Position numbers and translations under genes: made by a program. The notes under the pieces were generated by a model. The model made no database searches. It saw only the letters and a list, made by a program, of their open reading frames with translations, and was not told where the DNA came from. Positions 48,204 through 50,041 of a stretch of DNA of 50,041 nucleotides are shown piece after piece (positions within the stretch are counted from its first letter, which is position 1; every line of letters starts with the position of its first letter). The stretch spans positions 1 to 50,041 of the forward strand of contig JAVECO010000170.1 in assembly GCA_051942205.1 (NCBI GenBank), given 5' to 3'. Source of the DNA: Coniocarpon cinnabarinum. Taxonomy: Eukaryota.

Positions 48204-50041
48204 ATGGCGTCCTTGGCGGACACCGACCGATCCACTGCAATCTCCGGCTGTTGCCAGGACGATGACCCATTCCAGCAAATCAAACCAGACCCAATTATAC
48301 CCATTTCGGCCAACGAAGGCCTGATCGAACGGCAGTTGCAGGAGACGGCTTCTTACGGTCAAGTGCGTTTGCTTCCCATGCTCGAGTCATTCATTTCATA
48401 GCCTGCGCACCGTCATTTCTTTCCATATGTACTTTGAACACGCTCTTTAATCCTTGGCTGGGCTCATGGATGCCAAATCAATATCGCACGCTCGTCAGCG
48501 CAAGTCTGTTGAAGCTGATGCACTGACCTGGTCGCTTCAGGCCCTCCTTGAACGTCACGAAACCTACGTCGCGCAAGCTGAAGCACGTCATGCTGCCGAT
48601 TCCCAAGCCACTACGGACCTCTCAGCGAGCGTCGAACGACTCGAAGCCCAGAATGAACAGTTGCGCAGTGAGAATGACGGACTCGCGTTTCAAGCAAAGG
48701 AGCTTGCGGGTGCACTGCGCGATAGTGAAACCAATGTCGAAAACCTTACGAATACCTTGAAAGATACCCAAGATGAGTTGGCGCGCATGCGCGTCATGGC
48801 AGCAAGGGCAGATCGGATGGAGCAGCAGCTCATCCAATTAGAAATGGAATTTAAGAACCTCCAGTCGCAAGTTGACCAGTCAGCCGAAGATGAACGTCAA
48901 GCGAATGCAAGATGGCATGTAAGTCAACGTGCGCTGAAGGAACTCCAGTTACAAATCGACTATATTGAAGCAGGTGAGTTGCCGTTACATCAAGCCCCTT
49001 TGCTATCGCGTCGAAGGGTGTCACTTATTTAGAACGATGTACCTAAGCTAACACGCCCCCAGAATCTGAACACGCAAACCAGACACAGCGCGACATCGAG
49101 GTCAAAGGCCACGGTCGCAGAAATCTACAACAGATGATCGGCAACCGCCGCGGCGCCACATCACCCCATACCAGCGTAGAAGAAACCAGCGTCCTAGCCA
49201 CATTCATGAAAGACGTCTTCGAAGAAAACGCCAGCTTGAAACTCGAAAGGACAGAGCTCAAAGACATGCTCCTGCGCTCGCAATCAGAACAAGAAGAGCT
49301 GCGCTCCCAGCTCACCTACACATCACCCTACCTCTCCGCAAACACAGGCATAACGCCGCATCTCCTCCCACCGGGCGCAGATCTCAGCTCAGAGCTCGAA
49401 TCATGCCTTACACACCCTCAAATCTCACGCACGCAAACACCTCAACCATCGCCATTGTCTCGCGAAATCCACATCCATCACCACACGCACTTCCCACCAA
49501 CAGCCCCAGCCACCTCTCAATTCTCATCATCCGTACCGACGATACACCGGCGCATCCAGGGCACAGCCCAGCATTCCCGCCAAAATAATTCCAAATCTTC
49601 TCTCTGCACCGTGCATTCCCGCGGCGAATCGAACGCCTCTTCTGTTCCTAGCACCGTCTTCGAATCGAGCTCTGATGCAGGCTACGAAACAGACATCACC
49701 TCTCCCAGCCGCCCCTCCCGCCCCACCAGCCCAGAATCCGCCACCATTCTGGGCAACCCACAATTCGCACCATTAGATTCGGTGCTGGAAAGTGCTAAGC
49801 GCCCGCCGCTCCGGCGGAAAGGGAGTGGCGACTCTGTCTTGTCGGTGTCCGGAATGGACATCCATCGCTCCTTCCAGCCCGTGGAGACGGGCGGGGGACG
49901 CCCGGAGCTGGACCGCTCCTTCGCTAGTAGAGCTAGCGTCAAGAGTACGTCTGCGGCGGGGCAGGCGCTGCGTGCGCGTCTGCTGGAGCGAGACGCCGGT
50001 GCCCGGGGGACGGGGTATAGTCCCATGCGGGATACGTTTGG
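48204..50041 (+). CDS. Coiled-coil fungal protein, runs off window end
   Basis: Heptad-rich ORF 48454-49032 (LQALLERHETYV..) with a downstream in-frame-looking region (..PLRRKGSGDSVLSVSGMDIH..). Exon boundaries are not fully resolved. Confidence 0.65.

Noticed and set aside
1..50041. tRNA/rRNA genes, intact transposase, Starship-type captain
   Set aside because: None recognised by eye; tRNAscan-SE, Infernal and HMM searches would be needed to exclude them.

Overview
Fungal (Pezizomycotina-type) genomic DNA with short GT-AG introns and CTRAY-type branch sites. All family calls are from recognising motifs by eye; no searches were run. Conserved genes lie at 0.6-2.9 kb (Ser/Pro-rich protein), 11-14.3 kb (Nop16, arrestin-fold protein) and 42.5-50 kb (MPP beta/MAS1, SDH4, SRA-YDG protein, coiled-coil protein). 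Two accessory regions lie between them. (1) At 4.9-9.8 kb is a degenerate tandem array of ~2-kb units with shared upstream motifs and paralogous orphan genes (DDKWFAYL motif, equivalent phase-2 intron). (2) At 14.5-42 kb is an island whose most striking feature is a dispersed family of a ~150-aa four-hydrophobic-helix module. The module occurs as four stand-alone minus-strand genes, once fused to the C-terminus of an Est1/SMG6-like helical protein, and probably once more as a distant plus-strand gene divergent from that fusion. The island also holds an EgtD-like methyltransferase plus MFS pair, an AT-rich (RIP-like) foldback MITE, two other strong hairpins and two short-motif arrays.
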